A program made the translations under genes and the position numbers. This document shows positions 51,481 through 64,000 of a stretch of DNA of 64,000 nt, in pieces. The DNA comes from Tubulanus polymorphus. Its lineage: Eukaryota > Animalia > Nemertea. Where the stretch lies: assembly GCF_964204645.1 (NCBI RefSeq), contig NC_134027.1:5674485-5738484 (forward strand). Reading direction: 5' to 3'. How positions within the stretch are numbered: the first letter of the stretch is position 1; the number at the start of each line of letters is the position of its first letter. Under the pieces are notes generated by a model. The model was not told the DNA's origin. It saw only the letters and a program-made list of their open reading frames with translations, and did not search any database.

Positions 51481-54400
51481 ATTAGAGTTAGAAAATTTTA
51501 GCACTCTGGTCACAGACAATTAAAGCTCTATGTCTCTGGCATATTGTTTTGTTATATCGTCTGATCCATTCAGGTATAGAACTTTTAGGTTACATAAGTC
51601 ACTGTGTCCCTCCTTGGAGTAATCATTTGACAATGCTCCAATGTCCCTTTTAGGTGATGACGCGGCTACATTCAGTGAATCTTCGGTTCATTGGTCTCTT
51701 GGCCACATTAACATAACTCTGTTGCATCCAATTCTTATTTCAAGTTTTGTTTTTCACCTGATGTCGTTTGGCGATATTTTTCATTCAAACACCATCTGTC
51801 GTCAATAATAATAATGACTCCAAGGCGTCATCGTCGGGTCACTTGGTCACCGATTGTCATTTGGCCCACAGACCAATTTCCTCACTATTTGGGCAAATCA
51901 ATTAGGCAAACTCAATCACGGCTCTGTGTGATTGAATCTAAAAATGCGAAAACCTTGGTCTGGTTTGGCGACATCAAAGTTAAAGTTTTGAAAAATCATC
52001 AGGAAAAGGTCGATAACGATATGAGACGCTGGTGAAGGTTTGCCCGTTTTAGAAGCGGGGATATCAAAATCAAGTTATAGCGATGAAACGAACCCTCGTA
52101 AAAAAGACAACACATGAATGAAGAATATTGTGATTTTTTTATTATTAGTACAACGTTCCAGAAAAAAATGAATGAATGAGCGGAAGAATGAATGAATAAA
52201 TGCTATAACTCAATGAAAATGACCGGAAGCTGCCCATAGTGTAGTTACAAGTTATTTCAACTCATTTTTTGTAAAGTTGACCGGGTGACTGGTCAGTAGG
52301 GCAGACTATAGGCAGTATGGAAAGAATAGGAAAAGCGTAATACATCTGAATACAACTGCGTGAACGGCCAAACGTTTGACCTCTGACCACCTTCTGCGAT
52401 AGAAAATCAAGAAAGGAAATTACAGTGTAAGCGTAGCGGCTTTCAGCTCGAGTATCATCGATACAGCCTAATCGTGGAAAAATGAATTTTCCTCAGGTGA
52501 TCGGGTCACGATTCGTTTCATTGAGGTTTCATTATGAATGACCCAGGGCACCTCTGGCTATGAGGAAATAGGTGAAGAGGACATGGGTTGACGAGACGTC
52601 CTGAGAAACTAGATGAACTTCCTGAATGTGTAAGCCAGAAATAATACGATACAAAGAGCGTAAAATAACCGCATTATCCATCTTGTAATTGCCTGAATCG
52701 ACGTGCTTCGAAGAAAAAATGCTCTATTGTTCAAGCGCATGTAGAAATGAATTCCAAAACACACGTTCCATTGAACTATCGATTTGTCTTGACCTTTGAC
52801 TTGACCCCGGTATCGTTATCTTACAACGTTATTTTTAGCCGTCACCTGAACTGCTAACCCCGTGATCTGGAATTTACAAATTCCAGTACTTCAAGCTTTC
52901 AAAAATACATCTGGATGCCACCACCACTCCTCGCAACGCAAACATAGCGAGCCCAACAATACCAACAGCCCACCATGAATAAACATTGATAGCCAAATGA
53001 AATGTACCTTTCAATCTGGTATAGGGATTACAAAAATATCTTGCTTTCACGCAAATGCGCTTTCATTTCATTGAACAATCTTACGATGGGTATAGCGAGT
53101 GAAAGCAGGACCTGGACTCCTGGGCACCTGGGCTGATATCTGAAAGCTAATCTGGAACGATTAGTATGGTTTTGAAGTTTCAAGCTAAATCCAGTGATTT
53201 GCAGTGATTTAGTTACGATGGATCATTAGCCCGATTATAACGCAACCCCCCCCCCCCCAAAAAAAAATAGTTAGCTAGCAACCACGATTTCATCGTGATG
53301 AGAACGTGATTGACCCAAAAGACAATGGTTAACAGTGTAAGCAATCTAATGTGGCACGTGTTTGGGTTCTTAGAGTTCGAAATCCAAGTCCAGAAAGTTC
53401 AAATATCATGCAGTAAAAACATTATATTATATATCATTACATTTCACATGAGTCAAATCAAAAAAAATATTCGAGATTATCATATTGCAGCTGTGCATCT
53501 GGATCGGATTACACGTGTTGAGTTCGATGCTCAATAATCAGTATTCCCTAAACGTATCCCTTTGGCGGATAATACGGTTTTCAAAATTCCATGTTGCATT
53601 AACAAGACCAGTAAACCTCCTCGATACCGTCCTCCAATATCCCATATACCACCACCTCCGCTACACCGATGTGGTACTGGGGGTTGACTACCAAACCATA
53701 TAGTTACTTCAAAGAAAAAAAACGTTGTGCAGTTTACGAAAATCTAATCGTTGGTAACTCGTGAAACTTGACATGAGGAATAGTTTGTCTATACGAGATG
53801 ATAGTTTTAATTTGGTACCGTGTCCATATTTCAACCAAATTTAGTTCCCGAAGTTTCCAGTACATCCCAGTACTTGTCAGCATGGCTTGCGCGGGCAGAT
53901 TTTGTCGGATCGAGTAAATTCAACTAGTAATTAGTGCCCGGTGAGAATGTTTAAGACACGAATGAATGTTTATTGCAATCATTGCAGTGGCATGTCAGAA
54001 AGAGGGACGTACAGTCCAGAAACGGCAATGTTCATCCTTCGCTTGGCTCCACCCAAGATTCCATAAGTTTCGAACCCATTGACAATGTTTATTCTGGTAG
54101 TATCTTTCTAAAGCACGGACTCTGATCAAACCAGTCTGAATGCTTAGAAACTCAATTCCATTCACAATATATGGATGAACGGTACATCTTCGTCTCCGTC
54201 CTCCGGAATGTATGGATAGTGATGGATTGATGGGAATTCACCACAAGAACTTATTTGACCCAGACAGGGAGCTGTTTAATGTGTAGGTTAGGCCGAACAA
54301 ACAATCATATGCGTGTAAATATAAAAAGGAAATGATGGCCTCTTCGATACCGGTTCCTAACAATAAGCGAAGGCGAGATGACACAGGAGAGGCAGGCTAG

Positions 54401-55821
54401 ACGAGGTGCGGGCGCGGACGGGTGTGGGGTTTGATTCTACGAAGTCGGCATAGAAGCGAGTTTGGGTTTTCACCGCAGTTTTTGGGCAGCCTCTTTCTAT
54501 CAATAGGAGACATTCTTGTCCTCTTCACACTTGCCGACATTGTATCTTTTATAAGAGATGGGATCCTTATCCTCGCATTAGCGTGGGCAGCAAGCGGGGC
54601 TTGGACAAAAATTTAAAAAAGGCGTCCACACCCGTCCACCAGCACCCGATGTTTCGTCGATTTATCCACCGGCCCCAACCCCGCATCCCCCTCGTTGAAA
54701 ACCAGCCTTCAAAGTAGGAAGACAGTCATGTATGTCTTTGAATACGACTACTAAATATATATCCAGCAGTGTTATACATAGCATTGGGGTAAAAGCCAAA
54801 ATTCAAGTTATCAAAATGCGATTCAAGAAGCGGCCCTTTTGTTGTTCCCTGTCACAGTTTGACCTGGATCGCCCTTGAAATAGCTCTTTGCTACTGATAA
54901 TAAACGATTACAGTAATTTTACTTCCCTCGTGGAATGCTAGTACGCATTAACGAGATCCATTGATAAAACTAAATTGGCGGTCTGTATAAATGAACTTTA
55001 CACTAAACCCGCAGTTCTCGTGGTCTGTGGTGCTATTTTCTAAATCTGCGGCTAATCAGGTATAGGCGAAATATATGAGTTATGGGCATTATCGACGAAA
55101 TTATCATTCCTTTGTTATTTCCATCGTACGTATAGTACGTATGTATGTATGTCTAAAAATATCCAGAAATATTCAAGAAAATGTTAAGAGATTTATGTTT
55201 GACTTGTGTATTGCTTATAGTTATGGGGATAGATGTAGAACAGACTGGTTGTTTATTAGGTATCAGAGATGAATGTTTATTGTCTATCATACAAAAATGA
55301 TGCATTAGGTGGGCAAAAGAAATGCAGAAGGAATAAAAAATCGTATGATATATAGTTTTTTTTTTCCTTTTGTGTTTAGAGGAAAACGTTCTAATGTAAG
55401 GCAAATATCCTTGCTGAAAAGGAAAATGGTCTGACGAAATATCTAGTTCGATAAGTCAGCAACAGCATTTAGGACTTGAACTGACATGATGCAAAGCATT
55501 GCACCTCTTGTTTGTGCCAGTCGACATGTGGCCTGGGTATCCAGGTGTGCACAAAATGTTTTGCGCTCAATTACCGCTATCTTGACCACTATTACGTAAG
55601 TAACATCACACCAGAGATCTTCTGTTATCACAGGAAGTAAAGGATGGCACGTCAGTTACATATGCCACGTGTCAAGTGCCTGTCTGAAGAGTCCCCTTTT
55701 AAAACGTACACGAGCTGGACAGCATTCACGGTGTTGAAGCTATAAATGAGCCACTGACTTCTCAGCTACAACAATAAACAAAATACCTATTGTATATCAA
55801 AAGTTGCATAAATAATGAGGT

Positions 55822-55904
55822 GGAAATAATGGGATGAAAATCGCAGAGATACAAAAGCGATATATATGTTTTTGTATTTCTGCTATTTTCATCCCATTAT
55901 TTCC
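55822..55904. repeat. 83-bp hairpin / inverted repeat
   Basis: 35-bp arms GGAAATAATGGGATGAAAATCGCAGAGATACAAAA / TTTTGTATTTCTGCTATTTTCATCCCATTATTTCC with 2 mismatches and a 13-nt loop. Confidence 0.9.
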
Positions 55905-56420
55905 GTAAGTCATGCTTATGCTGCACAGGGGTGATTATACATGTGGTAGGTATAATTATCCCTGCAACACCGCGTTAAGATATGATTAATTAGGTGCTAG
56001 AACTGGGATACATACTTTTTCATTGGATTACATCACTCGATCGCATGGTTATCATAAACGATAAAAGTCAAAAACGGGAGTCCGAAAATCTCGCTCTTTT
56101 AAAATCTATCGAGTTAACTGCCCAAATATTTTCAATGTTTGAGCAAATATATGTATATTATATAACAGAGATTCGTGTTGATTGTGATAATGATATTCCC
56201 ATAGTAACCTTTGTTCCGACAATAGCGGTTTATGCTAATCCCTGGGATAATAACGATAACAAAAAGACCAAATAATGCGTGTGGTTTTTACAATCTTTCA
56301 AATGGATTGCTTGAACTCGTTTTGAAGATAATATAAGATTATTTCAAGCTCACCTACTTATCGCCCTAGAATATTTGCTATTTTTTCCCAGGGCGTTTCT
56401 CTCATCCGAGGATATCGACC

Positions 56421-56565
<145 letters not shown>

Positions 56566-59500
56566 CTCAATTTAACCTTTAAATGACAGCAGGACGATAC
56601 CCGTAATTTGGGAGAAAATACAATCAATATCCGTCCATTCTCATTGATGACCATAGCGACAGATTGGAGATTGTACACGATGACCACATGGCACCAGGTC
56701 AATACACTACAATTATGGGTCTACAATTATATGGCCAGACCACGCCCTGATTCTGTTTCGTGAATGACATCGTAGTAGTCCCCCAGAGTGTTCCATACAG
56801 CCGTATATACAATCACTGACCATATGACTCCACAGTAAAATGCCCAAGTCAAAATATCATAAATTGGTTGACCTATTATCGACCACCAACTATACGTCTA
56901 GTCAGTTTCGAGAACGCAATAGTTTATAGAACCCATTAGCTAATGGAAAAGTCTAGCCTAGCATGGACTGCGTGGGTACCCATGGCCCGCGTTTACGGCA
57001 TCAATGAGTACAGCTAGTGCTAAAAATCCTCAACAATGCGCTGTTTTTGCGTGATGTTGCCATAAATGCGAATGGGCAAATTCTGCCTATTACAATTATT
57101 ACACAAGATTTAATTCCCAGGAAGAGTGAATTTCTCGGTGAAGCAGAGTGGATGGTATAAAAAACCAGAAAGCTATGCCAGACAGAATGAACAGTAAGGA
57201 ATTCGACTATGAATACGCTGTACGATTAAAAATCTCCCCCAGACTCTCTAGAACGAGGCACTTGAAATGGTGTATTGCTTGGAATAGCCATTTTGACATG
57301 CGATTTGGTTCAACCGTAGACAGACGATACAAAAGCCGCATGTACGTAAGCTGATGAAATCGTAATAATTCAGCAGGGGAAAAGCATTTCATCTCAAATG
57401 TGCGTAGATTTCTCTGTATGACCTATGGCTGGTTTAGTATGTCTATAGTATGTAGGTTGTCTGCAGCTTCTCGTTCAAATGATCACCACACAAACAATGA
57501 TTCTCTATACCTGAACCAAAAAAGTACACAAAGGGCTCATTGACACATTTCTGACATAATGGTGGCATTTTCATTCACCAAAGGGTACCACAAACATCGT
57601 GATAATTGCAGTGGCACACTTTTCATGAAAAGCCAACACAGTTTCCCAAATGAAGGAGTGTTTGGTGTCTGGTTCTATGTATACTACAGACATAGGAATT
57701 TATTACTTGACTTTAAGTCCCAGACCATTTCCTAGAAAACTCTTAAATATTCGTCACAGACAAAATTACGTGGTCGTGGCCTTGAGAGGAAATATAATAC
57801 GCATCATCTCGGCGAGTAGCATGGCGATAATTACATAGCTGGATTATTATCTCTCTCGTCACTTTTCTTGCTTTTGGTCATTTTCATTTTCTAGTCTCTT
57901 CATCTGAAATCAAAGATAGTCCACGAACCTGCGAAGTATTTGCAGCGTGAACCTGGTACTATACGTGTAAAAATGACGGTTTTAGCCTCGATTGGCTGAT
58001 ACGCTGCCGACTAGACTGTTATTAGCGTTATTGCGTATGCCAGAAACGTACTTTCCGTGGAGGCGGGAAAGTAAGTGAATCGATGAGGCAAGGTGAAGGC
58101 AACACTACAGACGGATGATTGTATGATTGTAGACACAGCAAAAATCTATTCACCGAAGAAATTGCTGATTTCGGGAAGTGAGCAAGCACCCTACTCACTG
58201 AACTTGAAGAGTCTCCTGGCACAGCCTTTTGGCGAGACGAAATATCAACTTGTTGCAATCGTTTTTTTTTTCTAAATTATTTTCGCACCTATCGCGCGAT
58301 ATGCTACGTACGTTGTTGCACTGTGTATTTAGATTACATCTATAACGCATCAATGAGCCCGTATCTAATTGTCAAAGATCATTCAAAATCATTGCAGACA
58401 AAACTTCCTAAATTTATGATGATAAATTTTCAATCCGGGTTATAGAGACACGAAAATATTACGTGGAAAATCGGCTCCATAATGTATAACCTTGTTGATA
58501 TCTGTCTGGCGAACCACAATAGTGATGATAAACACAAGTATCAAACTTCATCGTTGCGAATCTAGATTTCAGACTGTATCATACACATGATTATTGTATA
58601 CGTACGTGGTAATTGTGGTCTGATATCGGGTGTGAATAAAACTCTGATGATCTCAATTTATGTATGTTAATATATTTATGAATAATTTGAAAATGATTGC
58701 CTAACGTCATTTACACGATCGTTGTATAAGCTTAACCCCTATTGGAAATGTCAAATTAGCACCAAAAGCCGCCTCCTTTCGATAGCGATCTAACGTCAAA
58801 TTGCCTGCCGAACCCAGACACGAACTCAAGGTCACAGCATTAAATGGGCCTTATGGTTCTCTAGACTCAGCGTCATGCATAATTCAACTGCGAAATATCT
58901 AACGCATCTCATCGGTCTGCTGTCAGCTGTCGTGGGACGCATATCAATTCTTGGTCATCGCTATCTAAGAGATACAACTTTCATGTCACTTGCAATTACT
59001 CTTAATTAAAAAAGCCAAGGACACACTTAGTGTATAACTATCGCCGCTTGATGCCATATCATCATCACGCACTCATTGGAGAAACGCTCTCTCTTTCTAC
59101 TCAAATGTCTTGATATCAACTGATTCTGCTAATGTATTACAGTTATAACTCTGGCCTTATATGACTTATATGACTGACCTTCATTAAACTCCATTTAAAT
59201 GGTCGAAAAGAAATTTTGCGTTAGAACAAAACATCATTGTTTGAAAGTCTAAAAGGGATCGTTGCGAGCATGGCGGAATCGGCATGATATATCAAAATTT
59301 ACCATGTCGGGACTAAAACCACGGTCATTTATCGGTAAAGTCTCGAAACTAAATATAACATTCGAAATCCGAACCTAGACTGGTTCTGATGGCTGCTCTT
59401 GTGCAGGGCGATATAATTTTCATTATTGTATATTGATGTGGATAATGTTACGTCCGTTGACTCAGATTATGATGAAATGAATCATTTAGAAGAATCATTG

Positions 59501-62500
59501 TGTAGCGCAGGTGAGGGGGAGGCATTCTAATCAAATAGCGACCTTGAGATGACAGTAGACGAGGCCACCTTTGTGCGAAAAGTAATTGCTTGTTTTTTCA
59601 CCTCGTCCGCTTCGATAACCAATCATCCAAAAATGTTGGTAATACGTGCCAAAAAGGTGCAACATTTCCAAACGTTTCACGGTTTTGTTGTGAGGATTCT
59701 TCATTTTCTTGCGACCAAGGGTTCCTCGTTTTACACTCAGTCCAGCGAGTTGTAACCACGTGTACGTACTCCGAGTAATAAATGTTAAATGGAATTTTTG
59801 CAATACAATCATTTTGTCCAAGTTCAGCGCCCGACTGGTCATTGCATTTCATGAAAAGGTACAATTTAGATTTAGCGGTAAAAGAATATATCTTCTTTGA
59901 ATAATATGAAGCAACGCATTATCTCAATATTGGATTTTCGAAAAAAATGAGTTTTCGAAAAGCAGATGCACGATCACGATGATGATCTTGTTTGCCAATC
60001 CTCTCTGGAAAAGCCGAGTCGTTGCCTCTCTCATCGATTCTTTGTAATAATATAAATAGCTCTCGCTGCTCTCTCCGCAGATCCAGGGCCCAGTTTCTCA
60101 TATGGGTCAAGGTCGTATTACCATGAGCAAAGCAGGTTTCTGAGTGCGCCTCCGTGGGGGAGGATAGAATGGACGAATTGTTTACGAGACGCGCCACTTT
60201 CCCAGGGGCCGACACACGTTTAGCGGAATCTTGATCTGATTTTTGCAAGATTAGAATGTTTTACTTTTTCAAATCAATTAAACTTCATGATAATTCGTAT
60301 GTAAAAGGATTGAGAGAAGACACACACTGTTTCTGAGCGACATATTCGTAGGTAAAACTATTAATAGCATCTCAAAATCGATCGATGCAAATCTAAAATG
60401 ACATGACAACAATGGGTAAAGCATTGCATTTCGTTCATATTTCATCTGTAGGCATATGTTATATCAGAAGAAAAACTCGCGATTCACTATTCGAGTTACT
60501 CATGTTCTATTAATGTAAATTTTATCTCGGTTATCTGATCGTTCACCCACTCATGAATAGTGACACAGAAAAAATTGCCGAGTATTATTGTTGTTTAGGA
60601 TTGGTGAGTGGGAGTTTGAGCGGGAGTTTCCATGGATACCGATTTGATTTCAGCAGTAACCACGTGGGGCAGGGTTGTCTTGTGGTTCTGGAACGCGGGA
60701 AATGATTCAGGTTTATGTTGATGTCTATTCTGTAGATCGATAGCCAGGTGAATCACCAAACTGTCCACTTGTTGCGATGCATCACTTTTGACACAGCATT
60801 GGTCATCATCGTGTACAAGTTACTGAAACTATCATCTTAAACCGCCGAGCAGAATATTTCATGGTGGATTACGCTAAATGATCTCGACATAAGCAACTTT
60901 ACCTCCATCATGCCAGTTAGGTTGGATGATTATGCTGCGACCTTTTTTCTGTCTGTCTGGTGCCTGGACAATATTGTTGTTGCCCGTCCACAATTTGAAT
61001 GAAAACTACTTGTAGTTTGTAAAGCACAATAACCAACGGTCAATGTACCCTATGTTTGTCTATTGTCCATATCATCAACAGTTGTGGTATACATGTACAT
61101 GTATATGATAAACACGTCGTACCACGTGTTTAAGCGAGCGAACACTTCTATGGTACGACACGAACGACTCCGTATATTTGAATAATACGTTTGTACATCT
61201 GCGGTCACTTTGTGCTATTTTGCCTAAATTTCAACTTTTAAAATTAATTAAAACTTCTACATATAAATTACATTTTGCCCAAGTTGGATAATAAAGAGAG
61301 AAACCCAGGATAATAACGAACAAATTAAGTCCGAAAATGTTTCCTCGAGCCTGTAGTAATTCAAACCAGGCAAGCTCTCCAATTAGTAGTTAATGCGATG
61401 TTTTTACTATAATAGTTATCTCCAGGAATACGAAAGAACAGAGACCGATCAAGTAATCGATACATATATAAACTAGGGGAAAAGATATGAAATTTAACTA
61501 ACAAAAAAGAATACAAAAACCTGTGAATTCTAAGGGTTTTTGCTAGTAGATATAAATGTACACGAAGGAAAATCAGGTCTCTATTTCAAGATGAAGAAAG
61601 ATTATCGAAACACTCCAGCGCTCGCAGATAGTAGCTAAGCCGCTAACGACATCTGGCGAGGAATTGCGTGCATTTAATTTTTGAATTAAATATTTGATGA
61701 CGCGAAAGGCGTCTCTTACAACGCCTGGTGTCTCCATTCCTGGAATTCGGTCGCTTTGAAAAGCATGTTGAAAAGAATCACACAGGATAGGCTACGTCAT
61801 GTTCGACAAGTCAATTGAGTGAATCTAAAATTCCTTGCGACCACTGAATAAATTCGTAATTCCTCGTGACCACTGCGCCAAAAGTAAAATAACCAACTCC
61901 CTCACCAAGGATAATCCACATTCAAAACTCGTGAAACTAAACGTATTAATTTACAAAAAAATCATTTTATTAGACAATCTTATAAAAATATGCTTTACCT
62001 TTTTAAGTTATATTTACAAAATATTCACACCACATCACACATCACATACATACACGTACAAGTCAATGGTGAAGCCATTCTCTTAATGAAGTGCCAGCTC
62101 TCAAGATGACCATGACTATTTTTTCATCGCTTTACAAAAAATGTCTACCGTTTTTAAATATAATTATTACTCTTAAACACAAATTATAGCGTCATATCTT
62201 GTTTGATCGTTTGATAGAAATTAAAATAATGATAAAAACATCAGTGACGGGGCGCGATTTTCTACACCTCTCAAACTTCAATGGCAGTGAACATGCTATA
62301 TTTATAAATTGTACCAAATTTTTCAGTTTTAATCAATGGCACTTGAATGGTATCCTCACTCACCATTTGGCAGTTGGCTTCTGAGACCGACAGCGGCCGC
62401 GTCAAGCACTTATCTATCTATACAGCTATTTAATATCACAAAAATAAATTAATTCACACCCTATTTACATCAATTACATGCACGCGCGCGCACGGAGCCA

Positions 62501-64000
62501 ACTGGAACTTTTTACATTCATTTCAAGTAGATCGAAATTTCATTAGTTCAATAAATTAGATCCTTTTTTAACGACTAGTAATGTAAAATTTTTCATCACG
62601 TGAGACAGACTAACACAAGTTTCAAGTGTCTAATCGATTTTGGATTGCATCCAAATCCTATTCAGAAATATTCTACTATTCACTCCGCGGTAGCTGAATT
62701 TTTCCAGTTGACTGCAGGCATTTAGCATTTAATGATACATCTAGGTCCGACTATCTAAAGACGACTGATCCCCAGCAAGATTCAAAATGGAATGCAAAGT
62801 TTGAAGATGGATGAAAGAAAATTACATTCATCCAAAGATTGGTCAAATGGTTTTGAATCGAACAAGCGATCGGCGCGCCTTATTGTCAAGACTCAATAAA
62901 TTATACATAACTAACAGTCAAGATTATTCTGTACAACCTAATACTGTCCCAGTTGCCACTTAATTAAATTAAACTTGGGGAGGGGAAGTTTTGCACCAGA
63001 ATATTCTCAAACTAAAACCCCATAGTTCCATCTATCGGCAAGTGCACCTTCGGTTTCATACGAAACCACAAGTGCGCACAACTGTCTCTTTTTCAAGTTA
63101 TAAAACCCGTTCCCTAACTTCAACACAGAAATGTGGTGGCTACCAAAGCCAACACGAAAATTAAACTAGATTTGAACACGTTGCATTGTTGAACATTGCG
63201 TTCAGGCCTTCCAACTACTTGGTAAAACGCAAGTGTGGAAGGTCCTTAAGCTTTATAGCACCATACGATTGGGAGGATAACTACCCCGAGGAACTTGTGA
63301 GTGAGCCGTGTCATTCACTCATAAAATATCCAATCAAGAATAAAATTCAATAACACGAATTTAAACTTTCAAGTCAATTAAAACCCGTTCTGGTATTTCA
63401 CACCGAATACCCGTTTTTCTTTTTAAGTCAAGAATTTCTTTCAAACCAGTCGACGATAAAAACTTTCCAAGAGTTCACGTTTTTGCAAGCAAAAAGCCAC
63501 GAGCGCCGGATTATTCAATTCGAATATAATTTCTATAAGTCCAGCAACTGAAACCCAGCAGTAAAAGAAGACCGTCCAATAAACATCAAAGTTAGTTAAT
63601 ATCACTCAGCGCCGAGCGACACAACTATCAACAAATTTAACGTCCCGATTATTCCACTTTCACACTTGCTTAAATTCAGATTGGATAAGTCCAGAGTGCG
63701 TGACGAATGTTACAAGTCCCTTTTTTACACGGTAAAATCCTCTGAGGTCACGATTGTAGTTACGCGAGCTGACGACTCCAGTGGGACACGACGACGGCCC
63801 CGCCTGTCTGTCATCTTTATGCTCAAGTCTTTGGCATTTTTTAAGTTAAATAAGTCCAAGAAGAAATTATCCTAAGAATACCATCTTCATAAACTCTCCT
63901 GGCTGCTAGTACTGGATTGGTCTGATTTAGCATCAGATTGCCATAGATTTAATTTCTCCGATAGTATATTGTCTTGTTGAAGCCACGGATGAGCTAAGAT

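Noticed and set aside
56962-56984. CATGGACTG...CCCATG
   Set aside because: Arms are poorly complementary and there is no TSD.
57200-57650. Possible Gypsy integrase relic (LPQTL.NEAL, CVDF, SD/NG..F)
   Set aside because: Too fragmentary to distinguish from chance.
58093-58275. PFGETKYQLVAIV resembling a USP His-box lead-in
   Set aside because: Catalytic His motif absent; single weak motif.
60084-60100. CAG-GGCCCAGTTTCTCA Harbinger-like left end
   Set aside because: No convincing right TIR, and it lies inside a coding-like ORF.

Overview
This is AT-rich, apparently eukaryotic (probably invertebrate) intergenic or intronic DNA. There are no operons or CRISPR arrays, and I cannot support any intact protein-coding gene; nearly all listed ORFs are chance or microsatellite artefacts. 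The one clear gene is a tRNA-Ser(AGA) at 37353-37434. The rest is mostly transposon debris: several MITEs with recognisable TIRs/TSDs (PIF/Harbinger-type, CAGG-ended, MuDR-like), SINE/LINE tails, a Penelope-type end with a minimal hammerhead motif, degraded coding relics (Helitron Rep, THAP, a Polinton-type accessory gene), long (TA)n tracts, a 168-bp tandem duplication and a ~390-bp inverted repeat pair about 8.5 kb apart. The most striking pattern is a set of at least 7 tiny CATGGAC...GTCCATG palindromes, most flanked by 7-8-bp direct repeats, which look like excision footprints of a P-superfamily transposon. All protein-family assignments come from motif recognition by eye; no searches were run.
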